A stretch of 59,844 nucleotides of DNA from Candidatus Nomurabacteria bacterium RIFCSPLOWO2_01_FULL_39_18 (GTDB taxonomy: Bacteria; Patescibacteriota; Minisyncoccia; Phycocordibacterales; UBA9973): positions 1,929 through 61,772 of the forward strand of contig MFUV01000009.1 in assembly GCA_001787005.1 (NCBI GenBank), in the 5' to 3' direction. A model generated the notes under the pieces. That model worked only from the letters and a program-made list of their open reading frames with translations, ran no database searches and was not told the DNA's origin. The stretch's first letter is position 1, and each line of letters starts with the position of its first letter. The translations under genes were made by a program, and so were the position numbers. Below are positions 31,335 to 39,681 of this stretch, piece by piece.

Positions 31335-31407
31335 GCTCTGCGCGGGAACTACTATTATTCAATTTCAAAATTTTTTATTATTTTTTCCTTTTCAATTCTC
31401 TTGTTTT

Positions 31408-31602
31408 TTAGAGCCTTTCATAACTTCTGGCCTCCTTTTCTGAGCTAAATTCTTTTTTAAAAATTAAATGAAATGGTCTATAAGCTTTTGTCGACAGAAC
31501 TCTACCTTCATTGTGTTCCTTAAAGCGTGTAGATAATCTATTTGTACTACCTACGTAATACCATTTCTTAATAGAACTTTTTAGCATGTATACGTACCAC
31601 AT
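31408..31602 (-). CDS. Mini GIY-YIG nuclease-domain protein (C-terminally short)
   Basis: Encodes MWYVYMLKSSIKKWYYVGSTNRLSTRFKEHN.... Its ATG lies 2 nt after a tRNA-Gln 5' fragment. Confidence 0.7.
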   Translation of the reverse strand: MWYVYMLKSSIKKWYYVGSTNRLSTRFKEHNEGRVLSTKAYRPFHLIFKKEFSSEKEARSYERL

Positions 31603-31604
31603 AT

Positions 31605-31646
31605 GTCCTACCGTTAGACCTGCCTGCGCAGGCAGGCGATCTCCCA
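31605..31646 (-). pseudogene. tRNA-Gln 5' fragment (acceptor plus D arm) with a family-2 palindrome after nt 10
   Basis: TGGGAGA-TC-G[CCTGCCTGCGCAGGCAGG]TCT-AACGGTA-GGAC, followed directly by the GIY-YIG start codon. Confidence 0.55.
31619..31636. repeat. Family-2 palindrome copy
   Basis: CCTGCCTGCGCAGGCAGG, a perfect 18-bp palindrome. Confidence 0.8.
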
Positions 31647-31703
31647 ATTGCTTTACAATAATACAAAAAAAGCTTTTAATCAAATGTAAGTTTGACTAAA
31701 GTT

Positions 31704-31712
31704 TGCTATACT
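31704..31712 (+). promoter_or_regulatory. Extended -10 (TGcTATACT), 6 nt before the ATG at 31719
   Basis: Motif and spacing were read directly. Confidence 0.45.
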
Positions 31713-31718
31713 ACTTTT

Positions 31719-32261
31719 ATGAAAGTAGTTTTAATGCATGGAAAAGACACAGACCCAACCCAGAAATGGTATCCATGGTTCGCAAAAGAAGTTAAAAATT
31801 TTTTAATGGATTTTTTCGCTCCCGCATTGCCTGATTCTAGCGATCCCTCTATTGATAAATGGATTGCAGAATTAGAAAAAACAAATCCAGACGAAGATAC
31901 AATTCTAGTTGGACATTCTCGCGGGGGCGTCACTATTTTAAGATGGCTGGAAGAACTTCCCATAAATAGAAGAGTTCAAAAAGTAATTCTAATTGGAACC
32001 AATTCAGGAAATTCAGAAAAAATGATTGGAACAGAAAACAGCAAAGGGTTTTTTACAAAAGAAGGGTATGATTTTAAAAAAATAAAACTGCACTGTAACA
32101 ATTTTGTCGTTCTACATTCACGCGATGATGAATGGGTGCCATTTCAAGCAGGAGAGGAAAATGCTAAAGGTTTAAACGCAAAATTCTTAAAATTCGATAA
32201 TCGGGGCCATTTTGGTAAAAAAGTAAGTACAATACCTGAATTATTACGGGAAATTAATTAA
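31719..32261 (+). CDS. Alpha/beta serine hydrolase (YdeN/RBBP9-like)
   Basis: Begins MKVVLMHG and has the nucleophile elbow LVGHSRGG and a C-terminal HSRDDEWVP...RGHF. Confidence 0.6.
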   Translation: MKVVLMHGKDTDPTQKWYPWFAKEVKNFLMDFFAPALPDSSDPSIDKWIAELEKTNPDEDTILVGHSRGGVTILRWLEELPINRRVQKVILIGTNSGNSEKMIGTENSKGFFTKEGYDFKKIKLHCNNFVVLHSRDDEWVPFQAGEENAKGLNAKFLKFDNRGHFGKKVSTIPELLREIN

Positions 32262-32315
32262 AATATTTTGGATATTAATGTCCCAGCTTAACGCCGTACA
32301 GTCAACTAGTGAATT

Positions 32316-32324
32316 TGCTATAAT
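32316..32324 (+). promoter_or_regulatory. Extended -10 (TGcTATAAT), 6 nt before the ATG at 32331
   Basis: Motif and spacing were read directly. Confidence 0.5.
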
Positions 32325-32330
32325 AAGTAC

Positions 32331-32759
32331 ATGCAACCAAAACCATCCGAAGTTCCAAAAACATTTTATAGAGTAAGTATTAAAGCACTTATTTTAGACG
32401 AAACCCGTAAGAAATTTGCTGTTATTTTGGAAGATAATGGCTGGTGGGAATTGCCGGGCGGAGGACTTGATTGGCCTGAAAAACCTGAAGAATGTCTCAA
32501 GCGTGAACTTAAAGAAGAAATGGGTCTTACGATAACTGAAGTTAGTAAATTTCCTTCATATTTTTTAGTGGGCGAAAACATGAAAGGCAATAGAAGTGTG
32601 AATGTGGTATTTGAAGTAAAAGTTAAAGACCTAAATTTTACTCCTAGCAGGGAATGTCTAGAGATGAAATTTATGTCGCCAGAAGAAGTCGGATCTATTA
32701 ATGCCTTCAGGACTGTCAAAGAATTAGCGGTATTATTCGATAGTTCTAAACATAACTAG
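32331..32759 (+). CDS. NUDIX hydrolase
   Basis: Has the NUDIX box GGGLDWPEKPEECLKRELKEEMGL. Confidence 0.8.
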   Translation: MQPKPSEVPKTFYRVSIKALILDETRKKFAVILEDNGWWELPGGGLDWPEKPEECLKRELKEEMGLTITEVSKFPSYFLVGENMKGNRSVNVVFEVKVKDLNFTPSRECLEMKFMSPEEVGSINAFRTVKELAVLFDSSKHN

Positions 32760-32827
32760 GGTTGTTGTTGATTATTGTTCAGCATTGTCCCGCACGGCCA
32801 GCAAAAAAATTTGATATAATCATCATT

Positions 32828-33268
32828 ATGGAACTAAAATTGCAAAATAGTAAAAAACCTACCCCAGAAACATTACCACTTGTAAAATGCGCTGTTGTTA
32901 AAGCAGAACCTACTTTAACTCCAGAATTATTTCAGCATTTCACCCATGGCGCAGAATCAATAATTATTACTTCTTTCGCTAATGGTACAGTGCCCAATAG
33001 ATTATCTGCAGTAATTAAATTAAAGGTTGATTCCGGAATTCCTGTATTTTTGATTTCTAATAACTCAGGTGATAATCACGGAATTGAAAGATTAAAATAC
33101 CAAGTGCAAGTTGATATAGCCCAAGCCGGAGCAATAGCACTTAAAAAAGTTAATATAAATAATATAGAATCCGTGATAAGGGCAATTCAGGAAGAAACTG
33201 TTCTAGGGAAAAAGGGCTCGGATTTAGAAAGAGCAATAAGCGAAAGATTTGGAGTAGCAACAAGTTAG
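32828..33268 (+). CDS. Asparaginase C-terminal-domain-like protein
   Basis: IIITSFANGTVPNRL...SGIPVFLISNNSGDNHG resembles the G.G..P / GIPVV block. The start was set at MELKLQN, 7 nt after TGaTATAAT. Confidence 0.3.
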   Translation: MELKLQNSKKPTPETLPLVKCAVVKAEPTLTPELFQHFTHGAESIIITSFANGTVPNRLSAVIKLKVDSGIPVFLISNNSGDNHGIERLKYQVQVDIAQAGAIALKKVNINNIESVIRAIQEETVLGKKGSDLERAISERFGVATS

Positions 33269-33343
33269 GAAGCTGCGGACTTTAGTAAACCAGTTCCAAC
33301 TTCACGCCACACGACCGGCAAATTAATTTGATATAATATAAAC

Positions 33344-33493
33344 ATGAACGAATTACTAGAAACATACAATTTAGACGGGACTTTCTTGGCTACTCAAGAC
33401 AGAGAAGCATTTTATGACGAAGTTAAAAAAGAATTTAGCGAGAAAGGCTCAATTTCTAGAAAAGTAAAAACTATTCGAGTTCCTATTAAATAA
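33344..33493 (+). CDS. 49-aa ORF, possibly a truncated NUDIX/IDI-like N-terminal fragment
   Basis: Has a leaderless-type promoter (TGaTATAAT at 33329-33337). Begins MNELLETYNLDGTFLATQDRE.... Confidence 0.3.
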   Translation: MNELLETYNLDGTFLATQDREAFYDEVKKEFSEKGSISRKVKTIRVPIK

Positions 33494-33683
33494 TTTTGTT
33501 TCGATTTTACGCCACGCATTCAGGCTCAATTTTGCGGTATTTGTAACATTACCTCTCCAATTTCGTCATAGTATACAGGTGTAAACTATTGTCCTTTACA
33601 AAGGCGGATGTCGAGTGCATCCGTCTTTTCGCGTTATGAATAAAAATAAGGAAATATTATAGGATTAGTTATATAATTACACT

Positions 33684-34367
33684 ATGCCAATGGGAATAAT
33701 TGAAAACATTATATCCATGTTTAATCAGAGACATAAAGACGAGAAAGTATATTTAGATACTATCTTGACTGATTATAAAAACAAACGTCCAAGTTATGAA
33801 GAATTCCGCGTGGCCGCGCACAAGACCCTAGAAGCGCTTCTCGAAGAAAGTGGATATAAATATCAGATTTTTTCCAGAACAAAGGTGCCTGAGCGGCTAG
33901 AGGAAAAACTTATTCGCAAAAGAGCGGAAGGTGTTTATTATTATGCGGTTGAAGACATAGAAGACTTAGTGGGCATCAGGGTGGTTTTCTACACCGAGCG
34001 GGACAAGGAGAAGTTTATAAAAAAAATTAAAAATGAAATCGGCGGATTTTTGAAAGTCAAAGAAAGAGATAAGCAAAATGGATACAAAGCCACCCACGTC
34101 ATAATGTCCTTCGGTCGCAAGCGGTTGAAGTTGAGCGAGTACAAGCATTTCCGGGGTCTGAAAAGTGAGATACAAATTACTTCGATTTTACATCACGCCT
34201 GGGCGGAAATTGAACATGACTTGATTTATAAAGACATCAATAATTTGAAGATTCAAAATCCGGGTAAATTTGCTTTAATGAAGCAGAAAATGAACGGGCT
34301 GATGGAGAAATATATTAAAAAAGCCGCCACGGAGCTCGAAGAAATCATAGATGAAAGTATTAGCTAA
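33684..34367 (+). CDS. RelA/SpoT-domain small alarmone synthetase-like protein
   Basis: Has SRTKVPERLEEKL, DLVGIRVVFY, GYKATHVIM and EIQITSILHHAWAEIEHDLIYK. Confidence 0.8.
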   Translation: MPMGIIENIISMFNQRHKDEKVYLDTILTDYKNKRPSYEEFRVAAHKTLEALLEESGYKYQIFSRTKVPERLEEKLIRKRAEGVYYYAVEDIEDLVGIRVVFYTERDKEKFIKKIKNEIGGFLKVKERDKQNGYKATHVIMSFGRKRLKLSEYKHFRGLKSEIQITSILHHAWAEIEHDLIYKDINNLKIQNPGKFALMKQKMNGLMEKYIKKAATELEEIIDESIS

Positions 34368-34407
34368 AAATTAAAAAATTTTTGCTAAAATTGGTATAAT
34401 TAAGAAC

Positions 34408-34491
34408 ATGAATTCAGCAAAACAATATAGCGGATTTTCTCTCATAGAACTTCTGGTAGTTATAGTGATTATTGGAATACGGCTGGAATAA
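34408..34491 (+). pseudogene. 27-codon remnant of a type IV pilin-like gene
   Basis: Encodes MNSAKQYSGFSLIELLVVIVIIGIRLE*, the prepilin N-terminal methylation motif, followed by a stop. Confidence 0.55.
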
Positions 34492-34527
34492 TTCTCAAAA
34501 ATATTTACAGGTTTCGAATTAAAAATT

Positions 34528-35256
34528 ATGCAATTAAAAATCTTATCTTGGAATATATGATGTGGAACTCATCTGGAAAAAGTAATCGAATTTTTGAAAA
34601 TTGCCGATGCTGACATTATTGCTCTGCAAGAAATTTTAGAAGACGAAAAAGGAAATTCTGCTCTTACTTTAGCAAACATTTTGGGATACGAATGTGTATT
34701 TGATATAGGTATGCAGATGCCAGAAAAGTTTCTAGGTGATCCTCTAAGGAAATCCGAGGAAATTATTAGATTTGGCAATGCAATTTTAAGCAAGCATAAA
34801 ATACTTGCACACAAAATTTATAATTTGTCTCCAGAGGGAGAGGAAAGCCGGACAATGGTCCAGGCTGATATACAAATTGCAGATGAAATTGTTCATGCAT
34901 TCAGTCTTCATTTGAAACACAGTCATCAACAACCATTAGAATTACAGAATCAGCAAGCGAATAAATTAATCAGCATACTGCCGACGGGAAAATTAATCGT
35001 TATGGGGGATTTCAATGCTCTACCAGTGAGTTATCCAGTAGAAAAAATGCGGAATATTTTACAAGATGCAGAACCAGGGCAAGCTACACCGACATGGAGT
35101 GTTTACCCCGGAGGCTGTAGTGTTTGCAAGGAAGAGGGCGTCCACTATAAATTGGACTACATTTTCACTAGTAAAGATATTAAGATAAAATCTTTTGAAA
35201 TCGGGAAAACAAAAGGCTCAGATCATTTACCCCTCTACTCTATAATTGAGATATAA
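34528..35256 (+). pseudogene. Endonuclease/exonuclease/phosphatase (EEP) family gene with an in-frame TGA at 34558-34560
   Basis: Reads MQLKILSWNI-TGA-CGTHLEKVIEFLKIADADIIALQE...GDFNA...SDHLPL. The TGA sits where the family has the conserved Trp of SWNIW. Confidence 0.65.
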
Positions 35257-35354
35257 TTCAATATCATTTTCAAAAGTCTGTGGTGGCGGATTTTCTTTTG
35301 AATAAGTTAGCTTGTTTTCATTCCCCTTCTGTTGTTATAATAGTAGTATTATAA

Positions 35355-35375
35355 GTCCCGACGGAAAGTCGGGAT
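35355..35375. repeat. Family-3 hairpin in the 5' leader of the DUF1761 gene
   Basis: GTCCCGAC-GGAAA-GTCGGGAT, starting 14 nt after the TGtTATAAT box at 35333-35341. Confidence 0.7.
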
Positions 35376-35423
35376 TCCAGCCCGGATAGTCGTTTGGCGT
35401 TGGAATTTAAATAAACAACAAAT

Positions 35424-35846
35424 ATGACAATAAATTATTTAGCGGTTTTGATTTCCGGCATAGCCGCCATGGTTGTGGGCTTCGTGTGGTACGGACCTTT
35501 GTTTGGAAAAGCGTGGATGCAAATTATGGACGCAGACAGTATGTCGCCCGAGCAAAGAGAAGCAATGAAAAAGGGAATGTGGGGGATGTATCTTTTGCAG
35601 TTCATTCTTTCTCTTATAACTGCGGGTGTGCTTTCTGTTCATATTGCTTATTGGTCAGATATCACAACCGGAGCGGTGGTGATAGCAATTTGTAGTTGGT
35701 TTGGATTTGTGATGACTACGACTGCTGGCGCAGCCCTCTGGAGCGGTAGGCCTAAAAATGTGGCGTGGAAAATGTTTTTAATTTCTGCTGGAGGGCACCT
35801 CGTTACCTTCATTGTGTTCGGAATCATTCTTGGGATGTGGCAGTAG
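35424..35846 (+). CDS. DUF1761-family membrane protein
   Basis: Has GFVWYGPLFGKAWMQIM and four TM helices. Confidence 0.55.
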   Translation: MTINYLAVLISGIAAMVVGFVWYGPLFGKAWMQIMDADSMSPEQREAMKKGMWGMYLLQFILSLITAGVLSVHIAYWSDITTGAVVIAICSWFGFVMTTTAGAALWSGRPKNVAWKMFLISAGGHLVTFIVFGIILGMWQ

Positions 35847-35847
35847 C

Positions 35848-36267
35848 ATGAAAACTATTTTACACGAAGGTAGTCAATTCGTGCTCCGGTTCGACAGGGG
35901 AGACGAAATAGTTTCTCTTCTTAAAGATTTTTGCCAAAAAGAAAAAATAGACTCTGGATTTTTTCATGCCCTAGGCGCTTCTAAAAATTTAAAACTTTCT
36001 TACTATAATTTCCAGCTCAAAAAATATTTAGAGAAAGAATTTAATGAAGATTTAGAAATCGCCAACTTGGTTGGCAACATCAGCCAGTCCGATGAGGGAC
36101 TGGTTGTCCACGTGCATGGTACTTTTTCCGACAAGGAATTCAAAGCTTTTGCTGGGCATGTGGTGGCAGTAGAAATCGGCGTAACTTGCGAAATGGTTCT
36201 CACCAAGTTTGACCATTCCATGGTTCGCAAATTTAATCCTGGAGTTGGCATAAAAATTTTGGATTGA
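35848..36267 (+). CDS. PPC (DUF296) domain protein
   Basis: Has ALGASKNLKLSYYN...LVGNISQSDEGLVVHVHGTFSD...GHVV. The start was set at MKTILHEG. Confidence 0.5.
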   Translation: MKTILHEGSQFVLRFDRGDEIVSLLKDFCQKEKIDSGFFHALGASKNLKLSYYNFQLKKYLEKEFNEDLEIANLVGNISQSDEGLVVHVHGTFSDKEFKAFAGHVVAVEIGVTCEMVLTKFDHSMVRKFNPGVGIKILD

Positions 36268-36295
36268 TTTTGTAAAGAATTTATAAAATTCAAAT

Positions 36296-37336
36296 ATGAA
36301 GAGATTTTACGGAGAACATAAGGGGAAGGTCATAGAAACCGATAGTCAATTTAAGCATGTAATGGCTATCACTCTCAACCCTCGTACGAATTACAAAGAT
36401 GGCGTAGCTCGATGTATCACAAGCCGTTCTGGAGATTTGGCATTAAAGGGTAATATCGATAGAAGCGAATTACATAAAATAACTGGGAGTTCTCTAGAGC
36501 ATTATAAAATAGGGGAAAGATTAAATATAAAAAATGAGAAAGAGATTATCGATAAACTTGTCGGCAATGATGGAGATTTTATAGGTTTGGAAGACCCAGA
36601 TATTTGGATAGAGGAAAAAACCAATTTAATACATTTATATTTTACTATTCCTATTCGTACCGTAGATAAAGATTTAAATAGAATTGGAAAGACGAGAGTT
36701 CATTTGGGTCATACAGTGGGTCCGGATTTAGATTCTTTGGAAATGACCAAGCCAGTCCTTATGGATAATGGTAAATTTCGCGCAAAAGAAGTTTCTATTG
36801 CGCCAATAAATAAAAGGGGTTTCCGTTTTAATTTAATTGAGTCAAAAGATCGCCGAGTTGAGACATCGTATTCAATTGTTCAGGTGGCAATTGCTAAAGA
36901 TATGGGGGGATCTTGGGAATACGGCGATATTGCATTTCACCCAGCTGAAAATAATCTCCCATGGATTGGCGGGCATGCTTCACCCGGACCTCTTTTTTCA
37001 AAAAACTTTATTGATGTGGGGGCAGGCAAGCTTCTCGGCGTGATAAATGGATGTAAGGCAGATAAAATTGTGGGAGGCGAAACAACATATGGGACTTTTT
37101 CTATCGGTCTTTTTATTTATGATTATGAAAATGGGAAAATTAACTGGGTATCTCCTGAGCCATTTATAGAAGACAGTGAGGCGGGTAAGGGTGGAGGAAG
37201 AGCCATCACTTTTGCCAGCCAATTTGTGGAAACAGGGCAGGGAGAAGGAATTCTGTATACCCATGTGGACGATTCATTTGTCCGTGCCTATACGCTGAAA
37301 GCCCAAGATATTAAATCGTTGTTGCCCAGTCCGTAG
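36296..37336 (+). CDS. Hypothetical protein, possibly a beta-propeller glycosidase-like fold
   Basis: 346-aa ORF. Only a weak resemblance was seen (GLEDPDIWIEE). Confidence 0.3.
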   Translation: MKRFYGEHKGKVIETDSQFKHVMAITLNPRTNYKDGVARCITSRSGDLALKGNIDRSELHKITGSSLEHYKIGERLNIKNEKEIIDKLVGNDGDFIGLEDPDIWIEEKTNLIHLYFTIPIRTVDKDLNRIGKTRVHLGHTVGPDLDSLEMTKPVLMDNGKFRAKEVSIAPINKRGFRFNLIESKDRRVETSYSIVQVAIAKDMGGSWEYGDIAFHPAENNLPWIGGHASPGPLFSKNFIDVGAGKLLGVINGCKADKIVGGETTYGTFSIGLFIYDYENGKINWVSPEPFIEDSEAGKGGGRAITFASQFVETGQGEGILYTHVDDSFVRAYTLKAQDIKSLLPSP

Positions 37337-37417
37337 ATTTTCCTTAAAGATGTTGTCCTGGGGTTTCGTGCTATAATACTACTTATAGCTTATTAGAGTT
37401 ATAATTAAATATTATTA

Positions 37418-37462
37418 GTCCCGACGTAAAGTCGGGATCCCGACCCTAAAAGGCGTCGGGAT
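37418..37462. repeat. Family-3 tandem hairpins in the 5' leader of the DUF4870 gene
   Basis: TCCCGAC-GTAAA-GTCGGGA followed by TCCCGAC-CCTAAAAGGC-GTCGGGA, downstream of the TGcTATAAT box at 37369-37377. Confidence 0.75.
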
Positions 37463-37479
37463 TAATAAATTAAAAATAT

Positions 37480-37854
37480 ATGGACGTTCAAAATAATAAT
37501 AATACAACAGAAGAAAAAAATACTCCAGAGGTTGGAGCGGAAGCGGGGAAGCATGAAAAGGGTCTTTTGATGGGAGTTTTGGCATATCTTGGACCATTAG
37601 TCATCATACCTTATATGGTGGCGGAAGATAATCCATTCGTAAAGTTTCATATCAAGCAGGGTCTTGTATTGCTTGCTTTCCATGTTATTCTTTGGGTCCT
37701 TACCCCTATGTTTTTTCCTGGAATGTGGAGTATTGTGAAGTTGATAAATTTGGCGCTAACAGTGCTTTCAATAATAGGCATTGTGAATGTACTCCAGAAA
37801 AAAGAAAGAATTCTCCCCGTTATTGGTGGCCTATCTTCATATCTTAAGTTTTAA
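37480..37854 (+). CDS. DUF4870-family membrane protein
   Basis: Has LAYLGPLVIIPYMVAEDNPFVKFHIKQGLVL. Confidence 0.5.
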   Translation: MDVQNNNNTTEEKNTPEVGAEAGKHEKGLLMGVLAYLGPLVIIPYMVAEDNPFVKFHIKQGLVLLAFHVILWVLTPMFFPGMWSIVKLINLALTVLSIIGIVNVLQKKERILPVIGGLSSYLKF

Positions 37855-37861
37855 TTTTATA

Positions 37862-38860
37862 ATGAAAAATATTTGTGGAAAACTTATCTCACTTAGCCTT
37901 TTTCTCTTGATTGCGATTATGGTTTTCCCATCTAGTACGTCAGCGCAGTATAGTGGACGTGGATATTCGAGTTCGCTCCGCAGAAAAATCAATGAACTAG
38001 CTGATCGCAAAATGGTCAACGTTCCCGTGCCTATTTTGTTTGGTGTAACGCCGGACAATATTACCTCTGATTTTGGAGATCCTAGATCAGGCGGTCGGCA
38101 ACACGAAGGGCAGGATATTATGGCGCCCAAGGGCGCGCCTATTGTAACGCCCACAGAAGCAGTGGTGCTTCGCACTGACACGGGGGATAGTGCTGGGAAA
38201 TATGTTTACACAGCGAACCCAGGCAGGGAGACTTTTGCCTACATGCATTTAAACGAAATTGCAGACATTGATGAGGGTGACGTGCTAAAGAAGGGCGACT
38301 TAATCGGCTATGTCGGTAATACTGGCAATGCATCTTCGGGGGTGCCGCATCTTCATTTTGAAATACATAACGACGATGGCGACCCCATGAATCCCTACCC
38401 GCGGCTTACACGCATCTTTCCTCTGGCAGATAAAATAAAATACTTGGAAAGTATTCTGAAAGATGCGGATGACGAAGAAGAGCTGGCGGAGTTCTTGGTA
38501 AAGATGTACCGCAGTGAGTTGGTGCTTGCTAGAACTCTCGGTATTATTCTCCCTCCCGAAATAATAAATGCGTTAGAAATTGTTCCCGTCTCTCTTTCTC
38601 CTCTCCCAGCTTATGTACCTCAGGCATTAAATATACCCGTCGGAGATCTTTCTCTAGGTTCGCGGGGTCTAGACGTTGTCGCTCTTCAGAATTTTCTAAT
38701 CAGCAAAAATGCTGGTTTTTACAATGGGGTTGTGGCTGATGGGGTCTTCGGTCTCGTTACACAGAGGGCGCTGATTGACTATCAGACTGACGTTGGCATA
38801 AAACCAGCACTCGGATACTACGGCGCTATTACTCGCGCTTATATCGTAGCTCATCCATAG
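37862..38860 (+). CDS. M23 peptidase with a C-terminal peptidoglycan-binding domain
   Basis: Has HEGQDIMAPKGAPI, GNTGNASSGVPHLHFEIH and a PG_binding_1-like VVALQNFL...DGVFGLVTQRALIDYQ. The start was set at MKNICGK. Confidence 0.8.
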   Translation: MKNICGKLISLSLFLLIAIMVFPSSTSAQYSGRGYSSSLRRKINELADRKMVNVPVPILFGVTPDNITSDFGDPRSGGRQHEGQDIMAPKGAPIVTPTEAVVLRTDTGDSAGKYVYTANPGRETFAYMHLNEIADIDEGDVLKKGDLIGYVGNTGNASSGVPHLHFEIHNDDGDPMNPYPRLTRIFPLADKIKYLESILKDADDEEELAEFLVKMYRSELVLARTLGIILPPEIINALEIVPVSLSPLPAYVPQALNIPVGDLSLGSRGLDVVALQNFLISKNAGFYNGVVADGVFGLVTQRALIDYQTDVGIKPALGYYGAITRAYIVAHP

Positions 38861-38866
38861 CATGCT

Positions 38867-39658
38867 ATGTCGATTCTTAAAAATTTCTTGAAAGAATTTT
38901 TAGTTTTTGGATTCAAACAAGGCAGAGCCGCCATATTCGCCGGGTCATTTTTCGTTCTGCTTTTTTTGTCCAACCACATACACATCTCTGGGCTGGCTCG
39001 GTATGACTTTTTATTTATAACTGCTGTTTTAATTCAGCTGATTCTTTATCTAACGAAATTAGAAACCAAAGATGAAGTAAAAGTTATTTTCTTATTTCAT
39101 ATTATTGGGCTCTGCCTTGAACTGTATAAGACGAATCCCGCCATAGGATCTTGGAGCTATCCGGAGGATGCATACTTTAAGATAGCCACTGTGCCGCTAT
39201 ACAGTGGCTTCATGTATGCGGCGGTTGGGAGCTATATCAGTCAAGCTTGGAAAATTTTTAAACTAAAACTTACGAATTACAATCATTACATTATAAGCGT
39301 CATCCTTTGTCTTCTTATCTATCTCAACTTTTTTACCAATCACTTCATCTATGACTTTCGTTTATTTCTTATCGCGGCAGTTTTTATTTTCTTTTGGAAA
39401 GTCGGGGTATATTTTATTGTAATTGAAAAGGTGCGTTTCATGCCCCTCAATTTAGCATTCCTACTGATAGCATTTTTTATCTGGATTGCCGAGAACATCT
39501 CTACCTATTTCGGTGCTTGGCAATATCCGAACCAAGTCCACGCCTGGAGAGCTGTGTCTACCCAGAAAATTACGTCTTGGTTTTTGATGGTCATCATCAG
39601 CTTCATTATTGTCGCCTATTTAAAACATTTCAAAAGAGATATATTAAAAAGACTCTGA
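38867..39658 (+). CDS. Polytopic membrane protein, possibly DUF817 family
   Basis: 263 aa with about 8 TM helices. The family assignment is from memory only. Confidence 0.35.
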   Translation: MSILKNFLKEFLVFGFKQGRAAIFAGSFFVLLFLSNHIHISGLARYDFLFITAVLIQLILYLTKLETKDEVKVIFLFHIIGLCLELYKTNPAIGSWSYPEDAYFKIATVPLYSGFMYAAVGSYISQAWKIFKLKLTNYNHYIISVILCLLIYLNFFTNHFIYDFRLFLIAAVFIFFWKVGVYFIVIEKVRFMPLNLAFLLIAFFIWIAENISTYFGAWQYPNQVHAWRAVSTQKITSWFLMVIISFIIVAYLKHFKRDILKRL

Positions 39659-39681
39659 TCTGGTATACTGTATAGGCACTA

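Noticed and set aside
34558-34560. Genome-wide UGA reassignment (code 4 or code 25)
   Set aside because: Many complete, well-conserved genes in the window end at TGA exactly where homologues end (4842, 5969, 12198, 14170, 41738). No UCA-anticodon tRNA was seen. A single in-frame TGA is better explained as a nonsense mutation.
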